From assembly GCA_919902625.1 (NCBI GenBank), contig CAKKRO010000170.1, positions 1 to 54,776 on the forward strand: a stretch of DNA of 54,776 nt, read 5' to 3'. Under the pieces are notes generated by a model. That model was not told the origin of the DNA, did not search any database, and saw only the letters and a program-made list of their open reading frames with translations. This document shows positions 41,794 to 50,189 of the stretch, piece by piece (within the stretch, counting starts at the first letter, position 1; each line of letters opens with the position of its first letter). The translations under genes and the position numbers were made by a program. This DNA is from Nitrosomonadaceae bacterium. GTDB lineage: Bacteria; Pseudomonadota; Gammaproteobacteria; Burkholderiales; Nitrosomonadaceae.

Positions 41794-42723
41794 ATGAAAC
41801 TGCAACAACTTCGCTATTTATGTGAAACCGCCTATCAGGATATGAATTTATCCAAAGCGGCAAAAAATCTGCACACCTCTCAGCCCGCCATCAGCAAACA
41901 GATACAGATGCTTGAGGATGAATTGGGTGTGGATGTTTTTGTACGCAATGGTAAACGCATTGTACAGGTGACTCCGCCCGGGAAAATGATCATAAAAATT
42001 GCTGCCCGGATGCTTCGCGATGCCGATAATCTCAAAAAAATTGCCCAGGAATTTACCAATGAAGCCGGCGGCACGCTGACCATCGCCACGACGCATACAC
42101 AGGCACGATACGCCCTGCCTCCTGTAATCAAACGCTTTACCGAACGCTACCCAAAAGTCAAACTCATCCTGCGGCAAGGCAGTCCAACGCAAATCTCAGC
42201 CTTAGTCACTTCGGGTGAAGCGGATATTGCTATCGCCACTGAAGCGATCGAGCAATTTCAGGAGCTGATCATGTTGCCGTGTTATCAGTGGAACCGATGC
42301 GTCGTTGTACCACCTAAGCACCCGCTCCTGAAATTAAAAAAACTGACATTGGAAGCGATTAACCAGTATCCCATCATTACTTATGATTTTGCTTTTACCG
42401 GCCGTTCAAAAATCAATCAGGCATTTGAAAACCGGGGGCTGGAGCCTAACGTGGTACTGACCGCAATAGATTCTGATGTGATAAAAACTTATGTGGAACT
42501 GGGATTAGGAGTCGGCATACTGGCAAACATGGCTTTTGATGCCAAACGAGACAAGAATCTTCGGTCCATCGATGCCGGTCATTTGTTTGAACCCAGCACG
42601 ACACGCATTGGCATCAGCCGCAACAGTTATTTACGCGGCTACATATTTGATTTTATAGAAATGTTTGCACCGCATCTTGATCAAGCAAGTGTCCAGGCCA
42701 AGCTGGAAAGCAGCAAAATGTGA
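41794..42723 (+). CDS. cysB: CysB/Cbl family LysR transcriptional regulator
   Basis: MKLQQLRY...LHTSQP, IATTHTQARYALP and DSDVIKTYVELGLGVGI. Divergent from the cys operon. Confidence 0.95.
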   Translation: MKLQQLRYLCETAYQDMNLSKAAKNLHTSQPAISKQIQMLEDELGVDVFVRNGKRIVQVTPPGKMIIKIAARMLRDADNLKKIAQEFTNEAGGTLTIATTHTQARYALPPVIKRFTERYPKVKLILRQGSPTQISALVTSGEADIAIATEAIEQFQELIMLPCYQWNRCVVVPPKHPLLKLKKLTLEAINQYPIITYDFAFTGRSKINQAFENRGLEPNVVLTAIDSDVIKTYVELGLGVGILANMAFDAKRDKNLRSIDAGHLFEPSTTRIGISRNSYLRGYIFDFIEMFAPHLDQASVQAKLESSKM

Positions 42724-42832
42724 GGATTCAAAAATGTAAATTGATTCCCTCTCAAATTAAAAGTACCATGGCACGGTAAACTCGTTACTTATCATTGAAG
42801 GTAAAAACCAAATCATTTGTTGAGGCCGGAAA

Positions 42833-43384
42833 ATGAAAAAGATCTTCAGTCTGTTATTGGTGTCATTCATACTGGTAGTCATCGCTCTCGGATCCGGCGC
42901 TTACAATATGGCAGCTACGGAAAAACACTGGATTATCACTGAAAAGATCATCGAATGGGTGCGTGAGAGCTCCATTGAAGCACGCGCCAAGGATCTGGAG
43001 GTACCTCCACTGGATGGCGCAGAACTGCTCTTGAAAGGCGCCCACCACTACCATGCCATGTGCACGGCTTGCCATTTAGCTCCCGGTCTGGAACCGACAG
43101 AACTCTCGATAGGTCTTTATCCACAAGCGCCGGTATTCTATCAACGGAAACCAGATAACGATCACACCGAAAAATTGAACCGTGCCAAAGCCTATTTCTG
43201 GGTTATCAAAAATGGCTTGAAAATGACTGCCATGCCAGCCTGGGGTCTGAGTCACGATGACAATACTATCTGGGCCATGGTGGCCTTTGTCCTCAATATG
43301 GGCAATATGACACCTGAGCAATATGAGAATCTCACCCATTCAAGCAAAAATCACACACATGGCCATGAACAAAGCGATCATTAA
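42833..43384 (+). CDS. Membrane-anchored monoheme cytochrome c
   Basis: N-terminal TM, single CTACH heme site, distal Met in GLKMTAMPAW, and a His-rich tail. Confidence 0.85.
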   Translation: MKKIFSLLLVSFILVVIALGSGAYNMAATEKHWIITEKIIEWVRESSIEARAKDLEVPPLDGAELLLKGAHHYHAMCTACHLAPGLEPTELSIGLYPQAPVFYQRKPDNDHTEKLNRAKAYFWVIKNGLKMTAMPAWGLSHDDNTIWAMVAFVLNMGNMTPEQYENLTHSSKNHTHGHEQSDH

Positions 43385-43444
43385 TTTGCTCGAGATTCAA
43401 ATGACTCTATTTCCAGAAGATACTGTTTACTAAGGAATGATTGT

Positions 43445-43873
43445 TTGATCCAATCAACCCTCTCTGAAAATCTTGTTACCAGTTACCTCGGCGCAAATTA
43501 TCAGATCGGCACCGACACCGGCTCAATTTCCTTGCAAATCAATCAATACTCAGAACCGCTGGCAAGACTTCTAACCGCATCAAAACAACCTTGCGCTGCA
43601 ATTATCAGCGCATATAATCCATTCAGCCGACTTCTGAACGATAAAGAAAATCGGGCCTTACACGAATCACTCATGCATTTCTTAAGTAGTTGTTCATACG
43701 CAATGATTGAAAGCTTAAATACTGATTCAGCCGAAGTATGGCCTGCAGAAAAAAGTTTTTTTGTGCTTGGTCTGGATCTGAATACCTCCAAATCGTTGGG
43801 GCAGCGATTTAATCAGAACGCCATTGTGTGGATAGATAACGATGCGATCCCCCGACTGATCTTGCTGCGCTAA
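43445..43873 (+). CDS. DUF3293 family protein
   Basis: AIISAYNPFS...EN...WPAEKSF...LGQRFNQNAIVW. Confidence 0.75.
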   Translation: MIQSTLSENLVTSYLGANYQIGTDTGSISLQINQYSEPLARLLTASKQPCAAIISAYNPFSRLLNDKENRALHESLMHFLSSCSYAMIESLNTDSAEVWPAEKSFFVLGLDLNTSKSLGQRFNQNAIVWIDNDAIPRLILLR

Positions 43874-43990
43874 ATACATAGCAGAAACTGACGCGAATCA
43901 TTCAAGATATTTCTGCTAAAAATTCAATATAGCTGCCAACGCAAACCCAATGCTATACTTAATAATTTAACAACAGGTTGGGAGACGACT

Positions 43991-44851
43991 ATGAAGAAAA
44001 CACTTATCCTTCTGACTTTAGCTATCTTCAGCTTTGGATTGATTGCCTTTGATGCAGATGCCAAGCGTATGGGTGGCGGCAAGAATATCGGCAAGCAACG
44101 CCCATCGGTTAACCAGCAAGCCGCGCCTAATCCACAACAATCACCTTCCGCTGCACCCGCGCCGGCATCTGCAGGTGGAAGCAAATGGGCCGGACCACTG
44201 GCCGGCCTTGCAGCCGGTGGCTTACTGGCCGCCCTGTTTATGGGCGGTGCATTTGAAAATATCAACATGATGGATATTGTCATCCTGGTATTACTCATGG
44301 GCGCTGTTTTCTTTGTCATCCGCATGCTGCGAAAACCTCGACCCGGAGAATCCATGCCTTCCATGCAATATTCCGGCGCAAATACAGGCACTCAGAATCG
44401 ATTTAACACACCACCCTTTACCAATAATACCGCATCAACTGACAACAGCGGCACAGCCTATCGTCAACCCAATATCCCGGCAGATTTCAAGGTAGAACCC
44501 TTTATACGCAATGCAAAGGTTTCATTCATACGTTTGCAAGCCGCGCACGATGCGGGTGATATTAACGATATCCGCGAATACACTACGCCGGAAATGCTAG
44601 CAGAAATCAGTATGCAGATTAATGAACGCGGCAACACCCAGCAAAAAACGGAAGTTATGTTCATTGATGCAAACCTGTTGGATATTGAAACCACCGATGA
44701 GATGGCGATAGCAAGTGTGCGCTTTACCGGTCAACTACGCGATGCCCCCGATGGTACGCCGGAAGCATTTGATGAAATCTGGCATGTCCAGAAAAATCTT
44801 AAGGATCCTGATGCCACTTGGTTATTGGCTGGCATCCAGCAAACTTCCTGA
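43991..44851 (+). CDS. Tim44-like domain protein
   Basis: ADAKRMGGG, GLAAGGLLAAL, FIRLQAA...YTTPEM, SVRFTG, FDEIWH and WLLAGIQQ. Confidence 0.88.
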   Translation: MKKTLILLTLAIFSFGLIAFDADAKRMGGGKNIGKQRPSVNQQAAPNPQQSPSAAPAPASAGGSKWAGPLAGLAAGGLLAALFMGGAFENINMMDIVILVLLMGAVFFVIRMLRKPRPGESMPSMQYSGANTGTQNRFNTPPFTNNTASTDNSGTAYRQPNIPADFKVEPFIRNAKVSFIRLQAAHDAGDINDIREYTTPEMLAEISMQINERGNTQQKTEVMFIDANLLDIETTDEMAIASVRFTGQLRDAPDGTPEAFDEIWHVQKNLKDPDATWLLAGIQQTS

Positions 44852-44956
44852 TCCTCTATTACATCATCAGTCCGGCCTGAACCTTAGAACTTTGCCAAAC
44901 GATCAGGCTGGACGCTAAACGTACCATCAGAAGCTCTTCTTTTTATCCCGTTGATC

Positions 44957-45451
44957 ATGTATACGCGATTATCAAAAGTTGTATTAGTCCTGGCTATCGC
45001 TCTTTATACCTCACTAGTGGCATTCAACAACCTGACCGACTACGACTCAAATTTCACAATCGTCAATCATGTCCTTAAGATGGATACCACTTTTCCCGAT
45101 AACAAAGGACTCTGGCGAGCCATTGAGTCTCCAGTGATTCATCATATGATTTATGGTTTGATTATTTTTATTGAAATCGTTATTGCAGCGCTCTGCTGGC
45201 TGGGTGGCTTTCATTTATACAGAAACATCAAATATCCCGCACAATTCAATCAAGCAAAAAGAATGGCAATTCTGGGATTAACACTCGGTTTTATACTATG
45301 GTTTACAGGATTTATGACCGTTGGTGGAGAATGGTTCTTGATGTGGCAATCGGAAATCGCCAATGGACAGCAAGCAGCATTCCGGTTAGTCATGATTATT
45401 GGCATTATTCTCATCTATCTGGCACAAACTGATGAGGAAAAACATGCCTGA
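44957..45451 (+). CDS. DUF2165 family small integral membrane protein
   Basis: FNNLTDYDSNF..VNHVLKMDTTF...WRAI and GFMTVGGEWFLMWQS. Confidence 0.85.
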   Translation: MYTRLSKVVLVLAIALYTSLVAFNNLTDYDSNFTIVNHVLKMDTTFPDNKGLWRAIESPVIHHMIYGLIIFIEIVIAALCWLGGFHLYRNIKYPAQFNQAKRMAILGLTLGFILWFTGFMTVGGEWFLMWQSEIANGQQAAFRLVMIIGIILIYLAQTDEEKHA

Positions 45452-45492
45452 TTGCACCCTTACAATCACCCGAATATAAATCAACCGTTACC

Positions 45493-45530
45493 GCTATCAG
45501 GATAGCCACGCTCCAAGCTATCCCAATAGC
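45493..45530. terminator. Hairpin between convergent genes (possible terminator)
   Basis: GCTATCAGGATAGC-N10-GCTATCCCAATAGC, 12/14 complementary. Confidence 0.4.
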
Positions 45531-45554
45531 CATATAAATTCTTAACAATCAGAT

Positions 45555-46991
45555 TCAAACGAATTGAGACAAATCAAGAGCGATTGGTGTGCCCACTATA
45601 GATGCGATTTCATTGGTATTGAGTTCGTTCAGGGCTGCGAAAGCAAACAAATCCCCTTGTGTCGCGAATGTCTTGCCCGGACCGATGAGCGCATTGAATG
45701 CATCCACATCAGCCTGTGATGGGGTAGTGCCAACAACAGTCTGGAATAAGTGTGTAATCAAGACCTCATTTGAAACACCCGGTGCATAGGTGTTGATCAT
45801 CTCCTGGGCTAAAGTCGCCAGATTTTTCCCATCCATTCCTTCCTTAACCCACTCACTGAGCAGACTGGCAGAAGGCGCTGCATTGAATGCAGCCTCCAAT
45901 AAGGCATAAATATTATAGGTTGCATCACCCACATTGGTATTGAACGCGAACAGATCATTATCAAACAATCCAAATTCTATATCGACAAGACTGTCTTTTC
46001 CATCAGTACCTGAAATCGTATTGTCGGTAAACAATTTGCTGAAATCATAAGTAGAAAAATTCCCGCTGAAGATAGCCGCATCAAATCCATCACCGCCATC
46101 CAAAACATCATCGCCCTTGCCACCAAATACATTATCGTTACCGCCGCCCAGATCAAAGAATTCATTAAAATCGAAACCTTGAACCAAGGGATCATCCGAT
46201 TCAGAACCTTTAGTATCCAGCGCCAACCCTGATCCGGAAAATGCTACGGCATGCAAATCCCCAATGAAAAGTCCCGAGTCGTAAATCTGATCCCCTGTAT
46301 CTGAAATGGCAACCTTGATCTTATTGACACCCACGTTTACCGGTGCAATAACCGTCAGCAAATTGGAGATGCCATCATATTCAAGAGATACAGTGCCGCC
46401 TGCATTATCCCTGAAATTTCCGGCCGCCAAATTAGCGCTTAGAATACTCAGCGGCTGATCAGCCCGGTTATTGAACAATGCATAGTTGACACCATTGATA
46501 TACACACCGGCAATATCGACAAAGCTGCTATCTTTAAACTCAGGAAATTCATCGGATCCAAAGACAAGATTAAATTTGACACTGGTTAAAGCCGGATCAC
46601 TGACGGTAAAACTGAACTCAAGCACAGTGGCATCCTCAACATCACCCGCCGCTGAAAAAGCACCATGAACCGTTGTATTCAGATCGGAATCCGTCTCAGA
46701 AGGCGTCAGCGATACGCCATAGCTGCCGGCGGTATTGGTTACCGGAGGATCTCCATCGCCTGAGGTAAGAAAAAGACCGGAGCCGATTCCAAGACCCGGA
46801 ATAGTGCCGTCATAGAAAGCAATGGATGAAGTGCTCGTTGTTGTACCACCTGAAGAAAAATCGGAGCTGGTTCCATATTTCAGCGTGATAGAACCCGCGC
46901 TGATTGTGACGCCTGATGCTGCCGATAACAAGGCTGAAGCCAAGCTTGAGGTCGTATGTGTTGGTGGATTGTATAAAGTAAAAGCTGACAT
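45555..46991 (-). CDS. Secreted/surface protein: choice-of-anchor L-like domain, RTX Ca-binding repeats and DUF4214-like C-terminus
   Basis: LFLTSG, DATVLEFSF, VFGSDEFPEF, EYDG and IKVAISDTGDQIYDSGLFI. GGGND/GGKGDD/GGDGFD nonapeptides. No N-terminal signal peptide. Confidence 0.72.
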   Translation of the reverse strand: MSAFTLYNPPTHTTSSLASALLSAASGVTISAGSITLKYGTSSDFSSGGTTTSTSSIAFYDGTIPGLGIGSGLFLTSGDGDPPVTNTAGSYGVSLTPSETDSDLNTTVHGAFSAAGDVEDATVLEFSFTVSDPALTSVKFNLVFGSDEFPEFKDSSFVDIAGVYINGVNYALFNNRADQPLSILSANLAAGNFRDNAGGTVSLEYDGISNLLTVIAPVNVGVNKIKVAISDTGDQIYDSGLFIGDLHAVAFSGSGLALDTKGSESDDPLVQGFDFNEFFDLGGGNDNVFGGKGDDVLDGGDGFDAAIFSGNFSTYDFSKLFTDNTISGTDGKDSLVDIEFGLFDNDLFAFNTNVGDATYNIYALLEAAFNAAPSASLLSEWVKEGMDGKNLATLAQEMINTYAPGVSNEVLITHLFQTVVGTTPSQADVDAFNALIGPGKTFATQGDLFAFAALNELNTNEIASIVGTPIALDLSQFV

Positions 46992-47088
46992 TTGTGTACC
47001 CTCCGTTTCTAGTATTTAAGTTTTCAACGCTGTTAACTCACGGTAAATAAAGCATCATAAAACTACAACTGACTTGAGATACTCAGGT

Positions 47089-47496
47089 TTAAGCTACCCA
47101 TGCATCAATGCCGGCCTGGGCAATCTGCGCATCCTGAAATGACCGTACACCACTGACGCCAATTGCGCCGACAAATTGATTGCTCACCGTAATCGGCAAC
47201 CCTCCTTCAATGGGCAATGTACCCGGCAAATTCAAATAACGCATGCGTCCTTCTGCGATATTCTCTTCCCATATCTTGGTCGGGCGGCGAAAAGCAATCG
47301 CGGCACGCGCCTTCTCAATCGCCACATTGATACTACCGAACTGGGCGTTATCAAGGCGTTGCAGGTAGAGCAAATGCCCGCCATCATCCACAATTACAAT
47401 GACAACCGGCCACCCATTCCGATACGCTTCAGCCTCCGCACCCACAGCGATTTTCTTGGCATCATCCAACGTAAGAATTATTTTGTTAATAGTCAT
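47089..47496 (-). CDS. GlcG/HbpS family heme-binding protein
   Basis: IVDDGGHL..LQRLD, AIEKARAA, GGLPI and GAIGVSG. Start moved to ATG 47496, downstream of GAGG. Confidence 0.9.
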   Translation of the reverse strand: MTINKIILTLDDAKKIAVGAEAEAYRNGWPVVIVIVDDGGHLLYLQRLDNAQFGSINVAIEKARAAIAFRRPTKIWEENIAEGRMRYLNLPGTLPIEGGLPITVSNQFVGAIGVSGVRSFQDAQIAQAGIDAWVA

Positions 47497-47636
47497 AGCC
47501 ACCTCATCAAACAAACTAACACTTTTCAAATAATGCCATGTCTTGATCCGCTCTGTACAACTTAAATTTATAACCTATTTTTAAACATATCAAGAAATCG
47601 GATGAATCCATTTGATCCATAACAATGTTATATCAA

Positions 47637-48587
47637 TTAAATCCCGGCGCCACCTTCAAACATTTCCTGGCGCATCTGCGCCTGTGAAATATTACTACCG
47701 GGAGGTACGCTGCGTGTCAACCACACATTACCGCCGATCGTCGATCCCCGTCCGATGGTAATGCGCCCCAATATCGTTGCCCCTGCGTAGATCACCACAT
47801 CGTCTTCTACAATGGGATGACGCAAATTACCCTTCACCAGCGTGCCATTCTCATCCACCGGGAAACGTTTGGCGCCCAGGGTAACGGCTTGGTAGAGGCG
47901 TACATTCTGGCCAATCACGGCCGTTTCACCAATCACCACGCCAGTGCCATGATCAATGAAGAAACTGCCGCCGATCTGCGCCCCCGGATGGATTTCTATC
48001 CCGGTTGCTGAATGTGCAATTTCTGAAATCATGCGCGCTATCAGCGGTACGCCCAATCCATGCAGAACATGCGCCAGCCGGTAGTGCGTAATGGCCATGA
48101 TGCCCGGATAACAAACCAGCACCTCATCCACATTACGCGCCGCCGGATCACCCTCATAAGCCGCAATAATATCGCTTTCCAGCAGGCTTCTGACTTCCGG
48201 CAAACGTTTGGCGAACGCCTGGGTAATGACTACCGATTGCTCACGATCCTCATTACTGAGCGTCTCCAGCCCGGAGTTATAATGCAATTCATGCTGAATC
48301 TGCACCATCAACTCCCGCAATGTCATATTCAGCGTATGCCCGACGTAATGATCAATGCCCTCATCCGCCAATTCCGACGAACCCAGCCGGTTAGGAAACA
48401 ACGCCGCACTCAAGCCTTCAGCCACTCCAGCCAGAATCCTGCGTGACGGCAGTTTGGGCGGCCTGTCATGCCGATTGCGGCTCTCCAGCGAAGCTACGCG
48501 TAAAGCACGCAACTCATCCACAATGCTATCCACATCCAGAAAAGTGCTGCGCAAAAGAAGGTCTCTTGTTCTTTTGGTATTGTTCAC
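47637..48587 (-). CDS. cysE: Serine O-acetyltransferase (EpsC/CysE type)
   Basis: [27 protein letters not shown] and RHP hexapeptide repeats. GTG start overlaps the cysK stop. Confidence 0.93.
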   Translation of the reverse strand: MNNTKRTRDLLLRSTFLDVDSIVDELRALRVASLESRNRHDRPPKLPSRRILAGVAEGLSAALFPNRLGSSELADEGIDHYVGHTLNMTLRELMVQIQHELHYNSGLETLSNEDREQSVVITQAFAKRLPEVRSLLESDIIAAYEGDPAARNVDEVLVCYPGIMAITHYRLAHVLHGLGVPLIARMISEIAHSATGIEIHPGAQIGGSFFIDHGTGVVIGETAVIGQNVRLYQAVTLGAKRFPVDENGTLVKGNLRHPIVEDDVVIYAGATILGRITIGRGSTIGGNVWLTRSVPPGSNISQAQMRQEMFEGGAGI

Positions 48588-49564
48588 TCTATTGTCAAAC
48601 CCTGTTCATCAAACAATCCTTCAAAAAGAATACTGCTCAGATAACGCTCAGCGGAATCCGGCAAAATAACCACAATGGTTTTTCCTGTATTCTCCGGCCT
48701 TTTGGCCTGGCGCACCGCAGCCGCAACCGCTGCGCCGCAGGAAATACCCGCCAGAATGCCTTCTTCCCGCGCCAGTCGCCGCGCATAAAGAATCGCTTCT
48801 TCATTACTGATTTGCTCGACTTCATCCACCAATGCAAGATCCAGATTATCGGGTACAAAGCCTGCGCCAATGCCTTGTATTTTATGCGGCCCGGGTGTCA
48901 GTGACACACCGGCACGTTTCTGTGACAGCACCGGACTGGCCGCCGGTTCAACCGCCACCGAGGTGATGGCCTTGCCCTTGGTTTGCTTGATATAACGGGA
49001 AACTCCCGTAATTGTGCCGCCTGTTCCCACGCCGGCTACAAAAATATCGATGGCTCCGTCCGTATCATCCCAGATTTCCGGCCCGGTGGTTTTTTCATGT
49101 ATCGCCGGATTGGACGGGTTCTTGAACTGTTGCAGCAGCACATAGCGCCCCGGATCGGAAGCAACAATCTCTTCCGCCTTGGCCAATGCCCCGTTCATGC
49201 CGCGCGCCCCTTCGGTTAATTCCAGCTTGGCACCCAATGCCGCCAGTAATTTACGCCGTTCCAGACTCATCGTTTCCGGCATCGTCAAGGTCAGCGGAAT
49301 CCCTCTGGCTGCCGCCACAAAAGCCAGCGCAATGCCGGTATTACCGCTGGTCGGCTCGACAATCTCTTTTCCGGGCCCAAGCAATCCTCTGCGCTCAGCA
49401 TCGTCGATCATCGCCACGCCAATGCGGCACTTCACCGAATACGCCGGATTACGTCCTTCAATTTTTCCCAATACCAGTGCCGCTGCTCCATCAGTCACCC
49501 GATTAAGCCGCACCAGTGGAGTATGTCCAATCGATAACGAATTATCTTCAAACCAATTTGCCAT
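48584..49564 (-). CDS. cysK: Cysteine synthase A
   Basis: [16 protein letters not shown] (PLP Lys), PTSGNTG, GVGTGGT and HKIQGIG. Confidence 0.98.
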   Translation of the reverse strand: MANWFEDNSLSIGHTPLVRLNRVTDGAAALVLGKIEGRNPAYSVKCRIGVAMIDDAERRGLLGPGKEIVEPTSGNTGIALAFVAAARGIPLTLTMPETMSLERRKLLAALGAKLELTEGARGMNGALAKAEEIVASDPGRYVLLQQFKNPSNPAIHEKTTGPEIWDDTDGAIDIFVAGVGTGGTITGVSRYIKQTKGKAITSVAVEPAASPVLSQKRAGVSLTPGPHKIQGIGAGFVPDNLDLALVDEVEQISNEEAILYARRLAREEGILAGISCGAAVAAAVRQAKRPENTGKTIVVILPDSAERYLSSILFEGLFDEQGLTIE

Positions 49565-49598
49565 GAATTTTCCTTTTTGTGTGTGATGCTTGTTTCAG

Positions 49599-49668
49599 GC
49601 GCGCCACGAACGTAATCAACACACTGCCGTCCGTTCTGAGCTTGTCGAAAGGCTTAATCAGCGCCTCC
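49599..49668 (-). repeat. Partial inverted copy of MITE family A
   Basis: GCGCGCCACGAACGTAATCAAC...CCGTCCGTTCTGAGCTTGTCGAAAGGCTTAATCAGCGCCTCC aligns with the reverse complement of positions 1-70 and is followed by TTAA. Confidence 0.72.
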
Positions 49669-50189
49669 TTAACCAAATGTCACGCCAGAACCTGAAGATT
49701 TCACTATAGCGCATTCATTCCCAAGCTGAAAGTGTATATATCGGAATCTCATAAATTCAGGGGCTCACATTAAAATTAACCACTTGCTTCGTACAATTTC
49801 CAGGCACTACTGTCTTATCCCGCAGTTTAGTTTTACCGCAAAGTCTCTGAACGAAAAATCAAAGCAAAGGAACAAGTCTCGATTGCTCGCATTCTTCAAA
49901 TTCATTTGATCACGCTAAAATAAAATCTAAATCCCGCAGAGTAATCGAGTCTGAACATCCCGCTAGAATTTTCAAGTATTTTTGTTACTACCTAATCGAA
50001 TTTCATAGACACAATTCTGCTTAAGCATTCTGAATATGAAACGTTAAACTCCATATTTGAAAGCACATCTCAGATATAGAAACTGATATTCTTCATAGAA
50101 TCCACCAATTAACTTTATATTTTAATAAATCTGGTCGACGATAATCTTACATTTTCTTATCATGTTGATTTATAGATTGGATATTTATA

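Noticed and set aside
49817-49964. Three ATCCCGC heptamers upstream of the nuclease-helicase operon
   Set aside because: Short and irregularly spaced. Not a CRISPR array or iteron set, and compatible with chance.
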